Shown: positions 9,260 to 18,822 of the stretch, piece after piece
How positions within the stretch are numbered: the first letter of the stretch is position 1
How the letters are laid out: every line of letters starts with the position of its first letter
Assembly (NCBI GenBank): GCA_963726195.1
Contig: CAVSBO010000003.1
Span: 192,001 to 256,000 of the forward strand
Direction of reading: 5' to 3'
Source of the DNA: Candidatus Thorarchaeota archaeon
GTDB taxonomy: Archaea > Asgardarchaeota > Thorarchaeia > Thorarchaeales > Thorarchaeaceae
Length of the DNA stretch: 64,000 nt
Program-made: the position numbers and the translations under genes
The notes under the pieces: generated by a model
The model's input: only the letters and a program-made list of their open reading frames with translations
Databases searched by the model: none
What the model was told of the DNA's origin: nothing

Positions 9260-10332
9260 GACTCCCTTTGCAGTGAGTCCAACAGCCGCTGCACCAATGT
9301 CGTTCCGTTGCTGTCTTCAGCTTTGGTGAAAAGGGCACCCGCGATGTTGAGGACCTTCGTTGCTTCGGGATACTTACCTTGAACAATGAAGAACCTCGCT
9401 TGGGAAAGCCGTGCATTGCCCATTGCACTGTATACTTCGTGTGGGTACTCGTACATGTCGATGTTAATCACAGACCCGCAATTGCTGCAGGTCGTGACCC
9501 TCTCAACGTCATAAGCAGTTCGAGTTGATCCGGCGGTCTCCGGTTTCACTGTTACTGCCCCGCTTGGTTCCTCGTACTGCAGCTCCGCACCTTCTTGGAT
9601 CTCAGTCGGTTGCTCTGCAGGCGTTTCTTCTTCGTAACGAGATGACTGGAACTCCGAACCTGCAACGCCCATTGCGGGCCTAACAGATGCAGCCAGACGT
9701 TCGGGGGGCTGTAGCACTCTTTCGGCCTCTTCCTCGGTTTTTGAAACGAGTGCCGACTTCTGGCCTAGTATTCGGCTCTCCCTGCCAGAGGGCTCGGTCG
9801 GGACAGACGGAGCCGGGCGAGCGGCTCTAGGGGTTGCGGGATAAACGGGAGGTGAAGCCTCTGCAGGAGTCGGCGGAGCAGGAGATGGAGTTGCGGATTC
9901 TGCTTCAGAAGCTTGGAGCAAGCCACGCACCTCACTCGCCCTCATCATTCTTGTTTCAACAATATCCGTGTTTTCATCAGCAACACCGACGACCTCAGCA
10001 CGGGCAAAGGCTTCGCGGGCTTTCTGAAGCTCTGACTTCCCTCTAGACCGCTCACCCGCCCTAACACGATCTCTGGAAACGCTGCTTGGTCTGACCCATT
10101 CGTCCTTGGTTGTTGGTGATGGTGACTCCTCTTCAGGCTCCGCGGTGGCGGCCTTCGCCTTGGCGATTGTTGCTGCAGTCGTCAGCTTTCCGGTTTCGCG
10201 GGGTTCACTCGTCTGCTTCGCTTCCTTCTTGGCAAGCGGTACCAAGAGCGAAGCACCGCATCGGATGCAGAATTTCCTTGTTACCTGATTCGCCTTGCCA
10301 CACTTGGGACAGACCTGCATAACAATCACCAA
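9256..10332 (-). CDS. Zn-ribbon protein with long disordered linker and C-terminal CxxC plus TPR-like helices
   Basis: CPKCG..N.....FCIRCGASL; Pro/Ala/Glu/Ser-rich middle; CSNCG then ARFFIVQGKYPEATKVLNIA. Confidence 0.75.
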   Translation of the reverse strand: MVIVMQVCPKCGKANQVTRKFCIRCGASLLVPLAKKEAKQTSEPRETGKLTTAATIAKAKAATAEPEEESPSPTTKDEWVRPSSVSRDRVRAGERSRGKSELQKAREAFARAEVVGVADENTDIVETRMMRASEVRGLLQASEAESATPSPAPPTPAEASPPVYPATPRAARPAPSVPTEPSGRESRILGQKSALVSKTEEEAERVLQPPERLAASVRPAMGVAGSEFQSSRYEEETPAEQPTEIQEGAELQYEEPSGAVTVKPETAGSTRTAYDVERVTTCSNCGSVINIDMYEYPHEVYSAMGNARLSQARFFIVQGKYPEATKVLNIAGALFTKAEDSNGTTLVQRLLDSLQRES

Positions 10333-10607
10333 CCGCTAAGTTACGCGCGCGTATATCGTCCATGTTGTATTAACTTTGCGCATTACTGGTGAATTCCGTC
10401 AGCCTGTTCCACACGATTCGAACTTCAAATTGTGAAAGCATCTCGGAGACCCACGGGGCAGTCCTTGACACGCCATTGCTCTGCCCGAATTGCGGGCAGT
10501 GTTTGTTGCACATATGGCTTATATTCCGCCGATACCCTCAAGCGAACTGCAGGGCGCGTGCAGTAGGCCTGTGGATCCAAAGACAAGTCAAGTTCTAAGG
10601 AGACGAT

Positions 10608-10949
10608 GTGATGAGACAAGTGCATGAGTCAGCCATCACGCCAAAGAGAGTCACGGGTAGTAAGGGCTGGGTCGATGTCTTTGACGTAATAACTGAGCCA
10701 CTGACGATGGGTATACGGGTGATACCTCCGAAGAGCGAGATTCCGGCGCGTAAACACGCTCATCCCGAGGGCCAAGTCACCTACGTGGTATCGGGGAACC
10801 CGAAGATGACCAACCTCAAGGTAACTCTTCAACTCAAGCCCGGTGATTTCGTCATTCTCGAACCAGACGAGGAGCATTACGTAATTACTGAGAAGAATGA
10901 AGCTCGCCTTCTAGAAGTGAAGTTCAAGCAGGATACTGACAGCCGGTAG
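10608..10949 (+). CDS. Cupin domain protein
   Basis: HAHPEGQVTYVVSG and LKPGDFVILEPDEEH cupin motifs; AAGGAG upstream. Confidence 0.9.
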   Translation: MMRQVHESAITPKRVTGSKGWVDVFDVITEPLTMGIRVIPPKSEIPARKHAHPEGQVTYVVSGNPKMTNLKVTLQLKPGDFVILEPDEEHYVITEKNEARLLEVKFKQDTDSR

Positions 10950-11015
10950 GCGCGCAAACGAGACCGTCATCTCATGGGACTCAACGGCATTTCACTCAAT
11001 GTGTATCCGGCCGCC

Positions 11016-11294
11016 CTATTTGGATTCCAGCCTGAACAATAGGTCTGGCACTGGGATGTAGAAATTCGCAGCCTTCTTTATGACGATGCTACGGTAGTAC
11101 TGTGCCAATCCGAGGAACCCCCGTATTACTGACTCATCACCATCGAAGGCAAATGTAACGGAAGTCATTGGTCGGGATTCGTCGATTACGGCCCTGTCGT
11201 AGACCTTCTCATCGACCAGTGGAATCTTCAGTTCACTGGCGATGTCAAACACCATCTTAAGGAAGATTTCTTTCTTCGCCATCTGCATATTCAC
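11016..11294 (-). CDS. Hypothetical protein
   Basis: Compact ORF filling the gap between cupin and coiled-coil genes, globular composition. Confidence 0.6.
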   Translation of the reverse strand: MNMQMAKKEIFLKMVFDIASELKIPLVDEKVYDRAVIDESRPMTSVTFAFDGDESVIRGFLGLAQYYRSIVIKKAANFYIPVPDLLFRLESK

Positions 11295-11437
11295 TGCATT
11301 GCTAGATGTAATTCATCCATATCCATTTAGCGAATGTGACCGGTCATGTGGCCGGTGCGAAACCCCGCACCAGCTCGCGCAAAGCTTATACACAAGACAG
11401 CGGAAACTTCTATTGGACTGGTTTCTGAGGGACACGA

Positions 11438-13016
11438 ATGCCTGAAGAGAAGCTCACCGATGAAGAGAAGGCGGCCTTGCAGGAAGCACTGAAAGGTGCG
11501 TCAATTTCGGATGCCGATGTGCGAAAGCTGGCCGAAGGAGAAGATGAGTCTGGTCAGCCAACTTCGCCGGATGAATCGGGCGAGGACCTAGTCTCGGCGG
11601 CAGGTTCCGCTCTTGAGTTTGTAGAGAAGCTCGGGGGCACAGCTCCTAAGGCCGAAACAATGGCTCCAAGGGATGCCGTTGCAGGTTTTGATGCATTGCT
11701 CCGAAAGCTTGAGATCCTACGTAGCGACATCGCGGCCCTGCAGAGAGGTGTTGTCAGCGTATTTGCCGCACAGCTGCTGACTTTCAGGGGCAAAGTTGTC
11801 GAACTGAAGTCCACAATATCTAATGAGATGGTCGAGAAGCTCCATATGCAGTTCTTCAAGAGCTTCATCGAGCAGACGTTCGTGGACATAGTTGACAACG
11901 AGTTTGCCACACTTGAGAAGGAACTTGTGGACAAAATCGTTCAACAGACCCAAGAGAAGTTCAAGGAGTTTGCATCGAGAGTCAGAGAATCAGAGGTTGA
12001 TCTGCGAAGCACTATCGTCCAGCAGCAGGACGTGGTAAGGTCGTTCATGCAGAGCCTTGAAGACGATGCCGCAGCTCAGCGAGACATCCTAACAGAGAAG
12101 GACACTGAGATACAGAAGCTGAGAAGGAGAGATACGACAGCTCCAGTCCCAAATTGATAGCTCCATGGGCGTTGGCGCTGCTCGTGGAGAGATAGCGAGG
12201 AAGGTGTCCCAACTTGAGAGCGAGGTTGCTTCACTCAAACAGGACATCTTCAAGAAGGACAGTCTCATACAGACGCAAACCTCCGAAGCTGAACAGGCAC
12301 GCGCCACAGTTGAGGACCTAAGAGTCAAGGTCGGAGAACTGCAGAGCGAATTGGCTGTATACAAGACTGAGAAGGAGAGCGCAAAGGGTGCGCCGAAGAG
12401 AAGCGAGGCCGAGATTAGGACGCTTCAATCAAAGGTGGACCTTCTTGAGAAGGCTGTGGCCGAGAAGCGAAAGGAGGCTGAGGCATTAGCGGCCAAGGCA
12501 AAGAGCCTCGAACTTGAGCTCAGCAAGACTACTGCAGAGAAGGGGGCAGCGGACAAGGAATCGAGACAGCGCTTGAAAGAAATCGAGTCTGTTGAAGGTC
12601 GTTTTCGAGAAGCGAAAGACCTTGAAGATCAGGTCCACACTCTGCAGCAGGACCTCAAGGCAGCAAAGGACAGAGTTGGAATAGTCGAAATGCAGAGAGA
12701 GGCCTATGAGAAGGCTACTCGACTGATGGAGAAGGAGAGGGACCTCGCCTTGCAGGCGAGAGATTTGTCCGATGAACGAACGAGACGATACATTAAGGCT
12801 CTCGGTTTGGACAAGAACACCAAGGTCCTCGTCATGGTCGACGAAGTCGGTTCGATTTCGTTCGCAGACCTAGCGAAGTCGCTTGGAACTCAGGTCGCAT
12901 TGGTGGCTAAGGCTGCAAGGGAATTCGAGAAGCTTGGCGTGTTGAAGATTGAAGGAGACAGGGCCGTTTCCACTTTGAAGGAAGTTGAGATTCAAGAAGG
13001 CGAAGTAAAACTATAG
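11438..13016 (+). CDS. Long coiled-coil protein with C-terminal winged-helix domain (~525 aa); +1 indel near 12122
   Basis: Removing one A joins EIQKL-EGEIRQLQSQIDSSMG; long heptad E/K/Q/L pattern; C-terminal ISFADLAKSLG....VAKAAREFEKLGVLKIEG. Confidence 0.8.
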
Positions 13017-13027
13017 GAGTCGACAAT

Positions 13028-13375
13028 CTAGAAAGCGATTGCTCGGTCTCCATTGCCGAATGAATCGACCACTTCGGACCAGTACTTTGCCATTTTCTCC
13101 AAAGAACCAGCAAAGTCCTTTGTGATTCGGTATTCGCCCATGCGCTTTTCGACAATGCCTGCATCACGAAGTTTTCTCATGACCTTCACGTACAGACCCC
13201 TGCTAGAAAGGACGAACCTCTGCCATTCCTTGTCGTGAACCACCCCATCCGCCTGAACGATTTCGTTGAGTATCCTCGAGGCCTGATCAACCTGAGCCTC
13301 CGTGAAGAACAAGTAACGGAGAAGGTGCTTCGGACTGATGAGGGTTGGTCTTCGTACGAGGTCGATTTTCACCAT
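13028..13375 (-). CDS. Small winged-helix protein
   Basis: YVKVMRKLRDAGIVEKRMGEYRIT recognition helix plus wing. Confidence 0.75.
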   Translation of the reverse strand: MVKIDLVRRPTLISPKHLLRYLFFTEAQVDQASRILNEIVQADGVVHDKEWQRFVLSSRGLYVKVMRKLRDAGIVEKRMGEYRITKDFAGSLEKMAKYWSEVVDSFGNGDRAIAF

Positions 13376-13424
13376 ATCTGATAACCGAGTATGGCAATGT
13401 CAGGATAGAATATCAGAGCGGGTA

Positions 13425-14429
13425 TTACCTCCGTGCTCTCAGGAATCGGATTGGAAGTAGTATGAGAGCCAGTAGCGCAAAAACAAGAAGTGAAACGAGG
13501 GTCTGCATTGCCGGAGACATTATCGTAAGAAATGTCGGATCCGTGTATCCCTTGTACCAGAGACACGCACCAGTCAGTAAGCATGCAATAAGCGGGACTA
13601 GGTTGGCCGGAGTACGCAGCTTTGCCATTGCTGTTATCATGAAGAAGAATCCATAGGCTACACCTGCAAATGCCAACGCTAGAGTAAACATAACAGCAAG
13701 GAGCTCGAACAACCCAGGCAGAAGCCAGCCCGTCTCTGGCATAAGGATGGAGACTATCAACCAAATCAAGTCGAATCCCACTATGACCTCGAGACCGGTC
13801 TTGGCATTGGAAATGTCCACGTTCGAAGGAGCGTTGCTGAACATGATTGTCATCGCAAGGAAAGCTACAATCCAGAATATCGGGTTTATCACTGTCAGAC
13901 TGGCAAGAGTGTAGAGAAAGAGATAGACAAAACCGCCTATTCTCAGGGCAGGATAGATAGTATCGGCAAGCAGAACAGGGTTAGACTTGATGTTTATCAA
14001 ATCCTGCAGAAGTGTCAATGCTTGGCCGCCTATACCGGGAGAGCCGGGAACGAGGTAGGTTGCACCTGCCGCGAAGAGCACTAGCAGAACAAGGGACACA
14101 CCGATTGGAGCGAGATTAATCACTGCCCTCTTGAATGAACTGTCAGGGTTTCTGTACTTCACATAACCCAGAACAACATAGTTGTCTTGGACTTGGACAT
14201 TCAAGGGCTTGAACTCAACGATTGGAGTTCTTGTGAAAACGCAGCCTAACGCGTGAGAAGATTCATGGAGTGCAACCCCGGGACCGACCAAGACATACCA
14301 TGCCCTTGACCCGGGGTTACGCGTCACATCGAGTTGCGTCCGCGACAGCCGTTCGAGCACCCACCCTAAAGCCCAGACAACAAAGAACAGCACGATTGAA
14401 AGCAAGACTATCGTCGAGTACGCGTTCAC
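13425..14429 (-). CDS. Membrane-embedded zinc metalloprotease (M50-like)
   Basis: PGVALHESSH (HExxH), GYV, NLAP, APS..D, many TMs. Confidence 0.75.
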   Translation of the reverse strand: MNAYSTIVLLSIVLFFVVWALGWVLERLSRTQLDVTRNPGSRAWYVLVGPGVALHESSHALGCVFTRTPIVEFKPLNVQVQDNYVVLGYVKYRNPDSSFKRAVINLAPIGVSLVLLVLFAAGATYLVPGSPGIGGQALTLLQDLINIKSNPVLLADTIYPALRIGGFVYLFLYTLASLTVINPIFWIVAFLAMTIMFSNAPSNVDISNAKTGLEVIVGFDLIWLIVSILMPETGWLLPGLFELLAVMFTLALAFAGVAYGFFFMITAMAKLRTPANLVPLIACLLTGACLWYKGYTDPTFLTIMSPAMQTLVSLLVFALLALILLPIRFLRARR

Positions 14430-14540
14430 TTGGCCACCTCATTGCGTTCCTGTGAAGGTATCTACTCATTGAATCAGTTCAGTCGGTTTGTCCTCGGTAT
14501 GGGCGTCTAGGTCTGCACGGACTTCAATCTCATGAAGAGA

Positions 14541-15023
14541 TTACTGTTTCAGGCCCACTTCCTTCTTCTTCTGGTCCTCGACCTTTGCGACTTCCTCGGC
14601 CTTTCTTCGGTCCATTTCCCTGGCCTTGTCCCTCTTGGCTTTCTCAACAACTTTGACCTTCTCTTTCTCGATTTCGTAAACCCGATTCTGGCGGGCTCTC
14701 TCAGCGTCTCGTATCCGAAATCTCAGCTGCTCAGCGCGCTTCTTGGTGGAGTCGAGTTGCTTGCCTTTCTCGCTTTGCACCTGGCGATATGTCCTGTCTG
14801 CATCGCGGCACTCTTTCTCGGCGTCGGCCAGCTTCGCCTTAATCGAGTCTGCAGCATCCCTCTTGGCTTTTGCAGCAGCTCCGTACCGTTCGATTTCGGC
14901 AGTTACTTGCGGCCCTATGCTACCCATATCTGCTTCTGCTTTCTTGAGCTCAGACTTGAACTGCTCAATATCGGCATTGATCTTCTGGATCTTCTTGTCG
15001 TCTTGATACTGGTCCTGTGACAT
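14541..15023 (-). CDS. All-helical coiled-coil protein (160 aa)
   Basis: ATG at 15023 (MSQDQYQ...) begins a K/E/A/R-rich heptad sequence. Confidence 0.75.
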   Translation of the reverse strand: MSQDQYQDDKKIQKINADIEQFKSELKKAEADMGSIGPQVTAEIERYGAAAKAKRDAADSIKAKLADAEKECRDADRTYRQVQSEKGKQLDSTKKRAEQLRFRIRDAERARQNRVYEIEKEKVKVVEKAKRDKAREMDRRKAEEVAKVEDQKKKEVGLKQ

Positions 15024-15154
15024 TGTTATCGGGAAGAACACTGTTTGCCCAGTTATATCTCTCTTTTCTATATGGGCGTTCGGACTGAGCTCCTGCCTCA
15101 TTGCCCGCCCGCAGACACTACTGCCAACCTTCGTTCTGGCTGCGGAGTGCTGAC

Positions 15155-15276
15155 TCAGGCTGCCGGGTCTATTCTGCCTTTGCAGTACTGGCACCTTAGG
15201 AAGCCTCTTCGGGACCAGAGTATTCCTCATAGTCGTTACTGCTTTACAAAGCGAAACAACGCCTGCAATTGACCAA
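15155..15276 (-). pseudogene. Putative CxxC-x-CxxC zinc-finger microprotein, disrupted or mis-sequenced
   Basis: Reads (M)VNCRRCFAL*SSNDYEEYSGPEE then, after a 1-nt shift, (G)FLRCQYCKGRIDPAA*. Confidence 0.35.
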
Positions 15277-15411
15277 TGATAGGCTTTATCATAGTACAAA
15301 GAATGAGCTCTACCTCCCACCAAGGGAATTCACGCAATACGCAAATCCTGCCCCAACTGGCATGCGGCGCGACAACGCGTAAAACCTCTCTTGAAGTGAC
15401 ATGCGAGATTC

Positions 15412-15969
15412 GTGGAGTCAAAGGAACATGGAGTAAGGTTCATGGACTATGGCGGCCTTCGGCGTTCGGAGCTTTTCACATTCTTTCGCCTAACCGAGCA
15501 GTCACGTTCGAGGCCGTCTGATGCAGGCATTGTCACAATCTCTCTGAAGCCGGGAGGATTTCAGGAATTCATAGATATCCAAGTCCTAATCGACCGCACA
15601 GGCCTAGTCAGAGAGGCATCTCTTCTGATGGATCGTAAGTGGATTGGTGACATGGTCAATGTGAACCCTTTTGCCAAGGACATCACCAAGACGTTTCTCT
15701 CCGTGTTCATCCCGACCGAAGATGAGGACTTTGTCAAAGACATCATCCACACTATTTCGAACCTCAAGGGCACAGACGACAAAGTGTACTACCTTACTCA
15801 GCCATCGGAGGAAGAGGAATCCTATGATCCTCAAGTTCTCAAAGCGCAGCGGGTGTATCTAGGTGAAGAACAGAGATTCGAAATGGTCATGCCCAGCTCG
15901 GAGCTCGTTATTGAGAACTACGGCAGCGATGCCAAGGAGCGATTACGACTGACCATCAACTCGTTCTGA
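15412..15969 (+). CDS. Hypothetical protein
   Basis: 185-aa ORF with normal codon and amino-acid usage, no recognised motif. Confidence 0.7.
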   Translation: MESKEHGVRFMDYGGLRRSELFTFFRLTEQSRSRPSDAGIVTISLKPGGFQEFIDIQVLIDRTGLVREASLLMDRKWIGDMVNVNPFAKDITKTFLSVFIPTEDEDFVKDIIHTISNLKGTDDKVYYLTQPSEEEESYDPQVLKAQRVYLGEEQRFEMVMPSSELVIENYGSDAKERLRLTINSF

Positions 15970-16009
15970 GGCGCATTATGAATTCTAAGCTTTCTAACTG
16001 CTCGCAATC

Positions 16010-16879
16010 TCAAAGCTTCTTCACATAGTTCTTCATTGTGCCGAGACCGTCCATGGAAATCTCGACAGTGTCTCCGTCTTGAAGTGTGAACGTGTCAGGG
16101 GGAACGATTCCTACGCCTGTGAGCATGATTGAGCCGCGGGGCACTGGGTTGTCTCTGAATAGGAATCTCGAAAGCTCGTCGTATTCTCGCTTCATGTTCG
16201 AGGTGTTTGTTTCACCAGAAAAGACCACTTCGCGGCCTCTGTGTATCTTGAGCCTGATTCCCACGTTCTTCGGATTCTTGATTTCGTCGGCCGTCACAAG
16301 GTAAGGACCTATTGCACACGAGTTCTGCCAGACCTTTGCCTGAGGCAGGTAGAGCGGATTGGCTCCCTCTATGTCCCTGGAACTCACGTCGTTTCCTATC
16401 GTGTAGGCCACGATTTTTCTTTCGCCATAGATCAGGGTGAATTCAGGCTCTGGGACGTCCCACTTTGAATCGCTTCTGATGCAGATAACATCATTCGGTC
16501 CGACCGTTCTGTAGCCAAGGCCTTTGAAAAGAACCTCAGGTCTTTCTGCGGCGTAGACGCGGTCATATATCCCCTTGGCTTTGGTCTCATCCTCTCTGGC
16601 CTCAACACTTCGCTTGTAAGTTACACCTGCGGCCCAGACTTCTCCCGGTATCATTGGCATGACAAACCGGTCCTTGACCCAGTCCAGTCTGTAAACGCGG
16701 GGCTTCCTATCCTCAATTAGCGACCTGAGGAAGTCGCCAAGTGGAATCTTGTCAGGATTTCTCTGTTGGATGTACTCCCCGAAGGGATCTTGGCCTAGGC
16801 TTTCGTAGACTTGAACCTCGTCTCCGCTTATGCACCCGGCAACGGTCTTTGTACCTTCATTTAATCTCACAAGCTTCAT
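16010..16879 (-). CDS. Fumarylacetoacetate-hydrolase family, 2-keto-3-deoxy-pentonate dehydratase (KdaD/XylX)-like
   Basis: EVWAAGVTYKRS, YDRVYAAERPE, WDVPEPE, GNDVSSRDIEGANPLYLPQAK. Confidence 0.85.
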   Translation of the reverse strand: MKLVRLNEGTKTVAGCISGDEVQVYESLGQDPFGEYIQQRNPDKIPLGDFLRSLIEDRKPRVYRLDWVKDRFVMPMIPGEVWAAGVTYKRSVEAREDETKAKGIYDRVYAAERPEVLFKGLGYRTVGPNDVICIRSDSKWDVPEPEFTLIYGERKIVAYTIGNDVSSRDIEGANPLYLPQAKVWQNSCAIGPYLVTADEIKNPKNVGIRLKIHRGREVVFSGETNTSNMKREYDELSRFLFRDNPVPRGSIMLTGVGIVPPDTFTLQDGDTVEISMDGLGTMKNYVKKL

Positions 16880-16943
16880 GTCAGGGTCACAGTAGAGCGA
16901 ACACTGGAAGCCTAATGTTATCCGTTTCGGTAGAACACTTCCA

Positions 16944-17753
16944 TTACCTAAGAAAGTTCCACGTTTCCGTCTCATACTTGCTAACAGCAAGCTCGGCTGC
17001 CCGGTTTCTCTCATTCTGAGATAGGCTGCCTAGCACCAAGTTCACGTTCAAGGCTTCCGAGAAACCAACTACCATTGCATCTCTCAGCTCATTGAATCCA
17101 ACCTGTCGCCCTAACAACTCGCGAACCGATGTCATTCTCTCCCGAACCTCTCGAGTCATCTTGCCTGAAGTGTCTGCGGCACCGAGTCTCAGGACAGAGA
17201 AGACCGTAGACATGTCAAGCCCCAGCATCACTGACCCGTGCTGCAGCATACAATCATGTCTTCGAGTTTGGGCGCTCCCCGAGATCTTCTTCCCTTCCAC
17301 GTGAATGTCATTCACGTGTTTGATTGCTGCGTCAATACCGAGCTGCTTGAGACCGCGAACAACACCTTGGCATATTGTCCTGTAAGATTCCTCGATGTCT
17401 GGTGGAGATAGCCTGTGACCTTTGGGCACAACGATACTGTAAGTGATTTCTCCCTCGCTATCATGATATACCGCTGACCCGCCCGTCAGTCTTCTGACAA
17501 TACTTATGCCATGAGTCTTGCAGTAATCTAGGTCAACCTCGGTTCTGACAGACTGGAGAAAGCAGAAATCCAGATTGCCATCACTCCTAAGGGATTGGAA
17601 AGTCCCTAAAGACACTGCTGATGGTTTCCATCTATAGAGCCTGAATGTTGGAGGGGCTTCTCTCCTTTCAACGGAGATCATGACTGTTTCGTCAATGGCC
17701 ATGTTCTCGGCTGCAGTGTGAGTCTCAAGGTCAATGAATCTGAGCTTCTCCAT
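16944..17753 (-). CDS. lplA: Lipoate-protein ligase catalytic subunit (LplA family)
   Basis: NMAIDE, RLYRW, RRLTGGSAVYHD, ND....KKISGSAQ, LQHGS; no accessory domain. Confidence 0.9.
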   Translation of the reverse strand: MEKLRFIDLETHTAAENMAIDETVMISVERREAPPTFRLYRWKPSAVSLGTFQSLRSDGNLDFCFLQSVRTEVDLDYCKTHGISIVRRLTGGSAVYHDSEGEITYSIVVPKGHRLSPPDIEESYRTICQGVVRGLKQLGIDAAIKHVNDIHVEGKKISGSAQTRRHDCMLQHGSVMLGLDMSTVFSVLRLGAADTSGKMTREVRERMTSVRELLGRQVGFNELRDAMVVGFSEALNVNLVLGSLSQNERNRAAELAVSKYETETWNFLR

Positions 17754-18753
17754 TCTGTGTCATCAGGCCCGTTGTGTTGATTGCTTCTCGCACTTCGCTT
17801 TCGTTCAGAGGCCGAGCATAGTTGTATATGATGCCTCTGGGTCTCTCATTGTAGTATGGTCGATTGCACCCATGACAGCCTGATGTGCGAAAGGCCCCAC
17901 CAGAAGATAAGAATTCCTTCAGAACGTCACGGCTCATGTCTAGCTGCAGCTGACCAGACTCTGAGTAGTGGACTTGATCACGATGTATTCTATCTGCGGC
18001 GAGCAAATACCTGAGAACTTGTAGCCGCCTGTAGGACGGGAGTTCAGGAGAACTCATGCCTTCCATGGTGGTACCTCTGATGCTCGTGAAGGCGAACAAC
18101 CCGACGGATATCCCCGCGTCTTTCATGTCCAGAAGGAACTCCGATGCCTCAGGTTCTGTTTCGCCCAAACCAACGATAAGGTGCGTTGTCACATTTCCTC
18201 TTCCGAATATCTCAAGGGCACTTCGAAGCGCCGCCATATGATTCGCCCATCGATAGGGGCTTCCCCGACCCGCACCCTTCACCTTGTTGAAGAGAGCAGG
18301 CGTACATGCATCAAAAGCTATACCGATGCTGGTTGCCCCAGCCCCGTGAAGCTTGGCCATTTCATCCTTGGAAATCGGGTGAATACAAACAGAGAGCGGA
18401 ATATCACATACGCATCGAAGCTGTGTGATTATGCTTCCAACGTCGTCAACGACTTCCGGATACTTGAGCGATTGGATGCAGAACCTCTGTAGGCTGGTCA
18501 CCTGCGGGACTCTCCGCAAGAACGATTTGAAGTCAAACTCAGGCCATGATATCCTAGACAGCCTATCCGATGACGATGTGCTGTCACGAGCCTGAGGGCA
18601 GAAAGCACAATTCGCGCTGCAGCGTCCCTCAAGGTATGTCATCAAGAATGCGGTTGTGAAGAAAGCATCGCGTTCTCCTTCTACGAGACCAGTCTGGATT
18701 GCTGTCCCTAGGGAAAGCCTGACATTCTTCACCAACTCAATCGGGGTCATCAC
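17731..18753 (-). CDS. lipS2: Radical SAM lipoyl synthase subunit, LipS2-like
   Basis: CSANCAFC; C-terminal TSGCHGCNRP matches the LipS2 TxGCPxC(N/D)RP motif except at the Pro position; overlaps lplA start. Confidence 0.75.
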   Translation of the reverse strand: MMTPIELVKNVRLSLGTAIQTGLVEGERDAFFTTAFLMTYLEGRCSANCAFCPQARDSTSSSDRLSRISWPEFDFKSFLRRVPQVTSLQRFCIQSLKYPEVVDDVGSIITQLRCVCDIPLSVCIHPISKDEMAKLHGAGATSIGIAFDACTPALFNKVKGAGRGSPYRWANHMAALRSALEIFGRGNVTTHLIVGLGETEPEASEFLLDMKDAGISVGLFAFTSIRGTTMEGMSSPELPSYRRLQVLRYLLAADRIHRDQVHYSESGQLQLDMSRDVLKEFLSSGGAFRTSGCHGCNRPYYNERPRGIIYNYARPLNESEVREAINTTGLMTQNGEAQIH

Positions 18754-18822
18754 TTCTCAGGCATTCTTAATGGTGTTGCTGTGTGCGACCGGTTTCCAAC
18801 CAAGCATCCCACACATGTCGCC

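Noticed and set aside
11438-13016. SMC/Rad50 ATPase
   Set aside because: No Walker A/B or signature motifs
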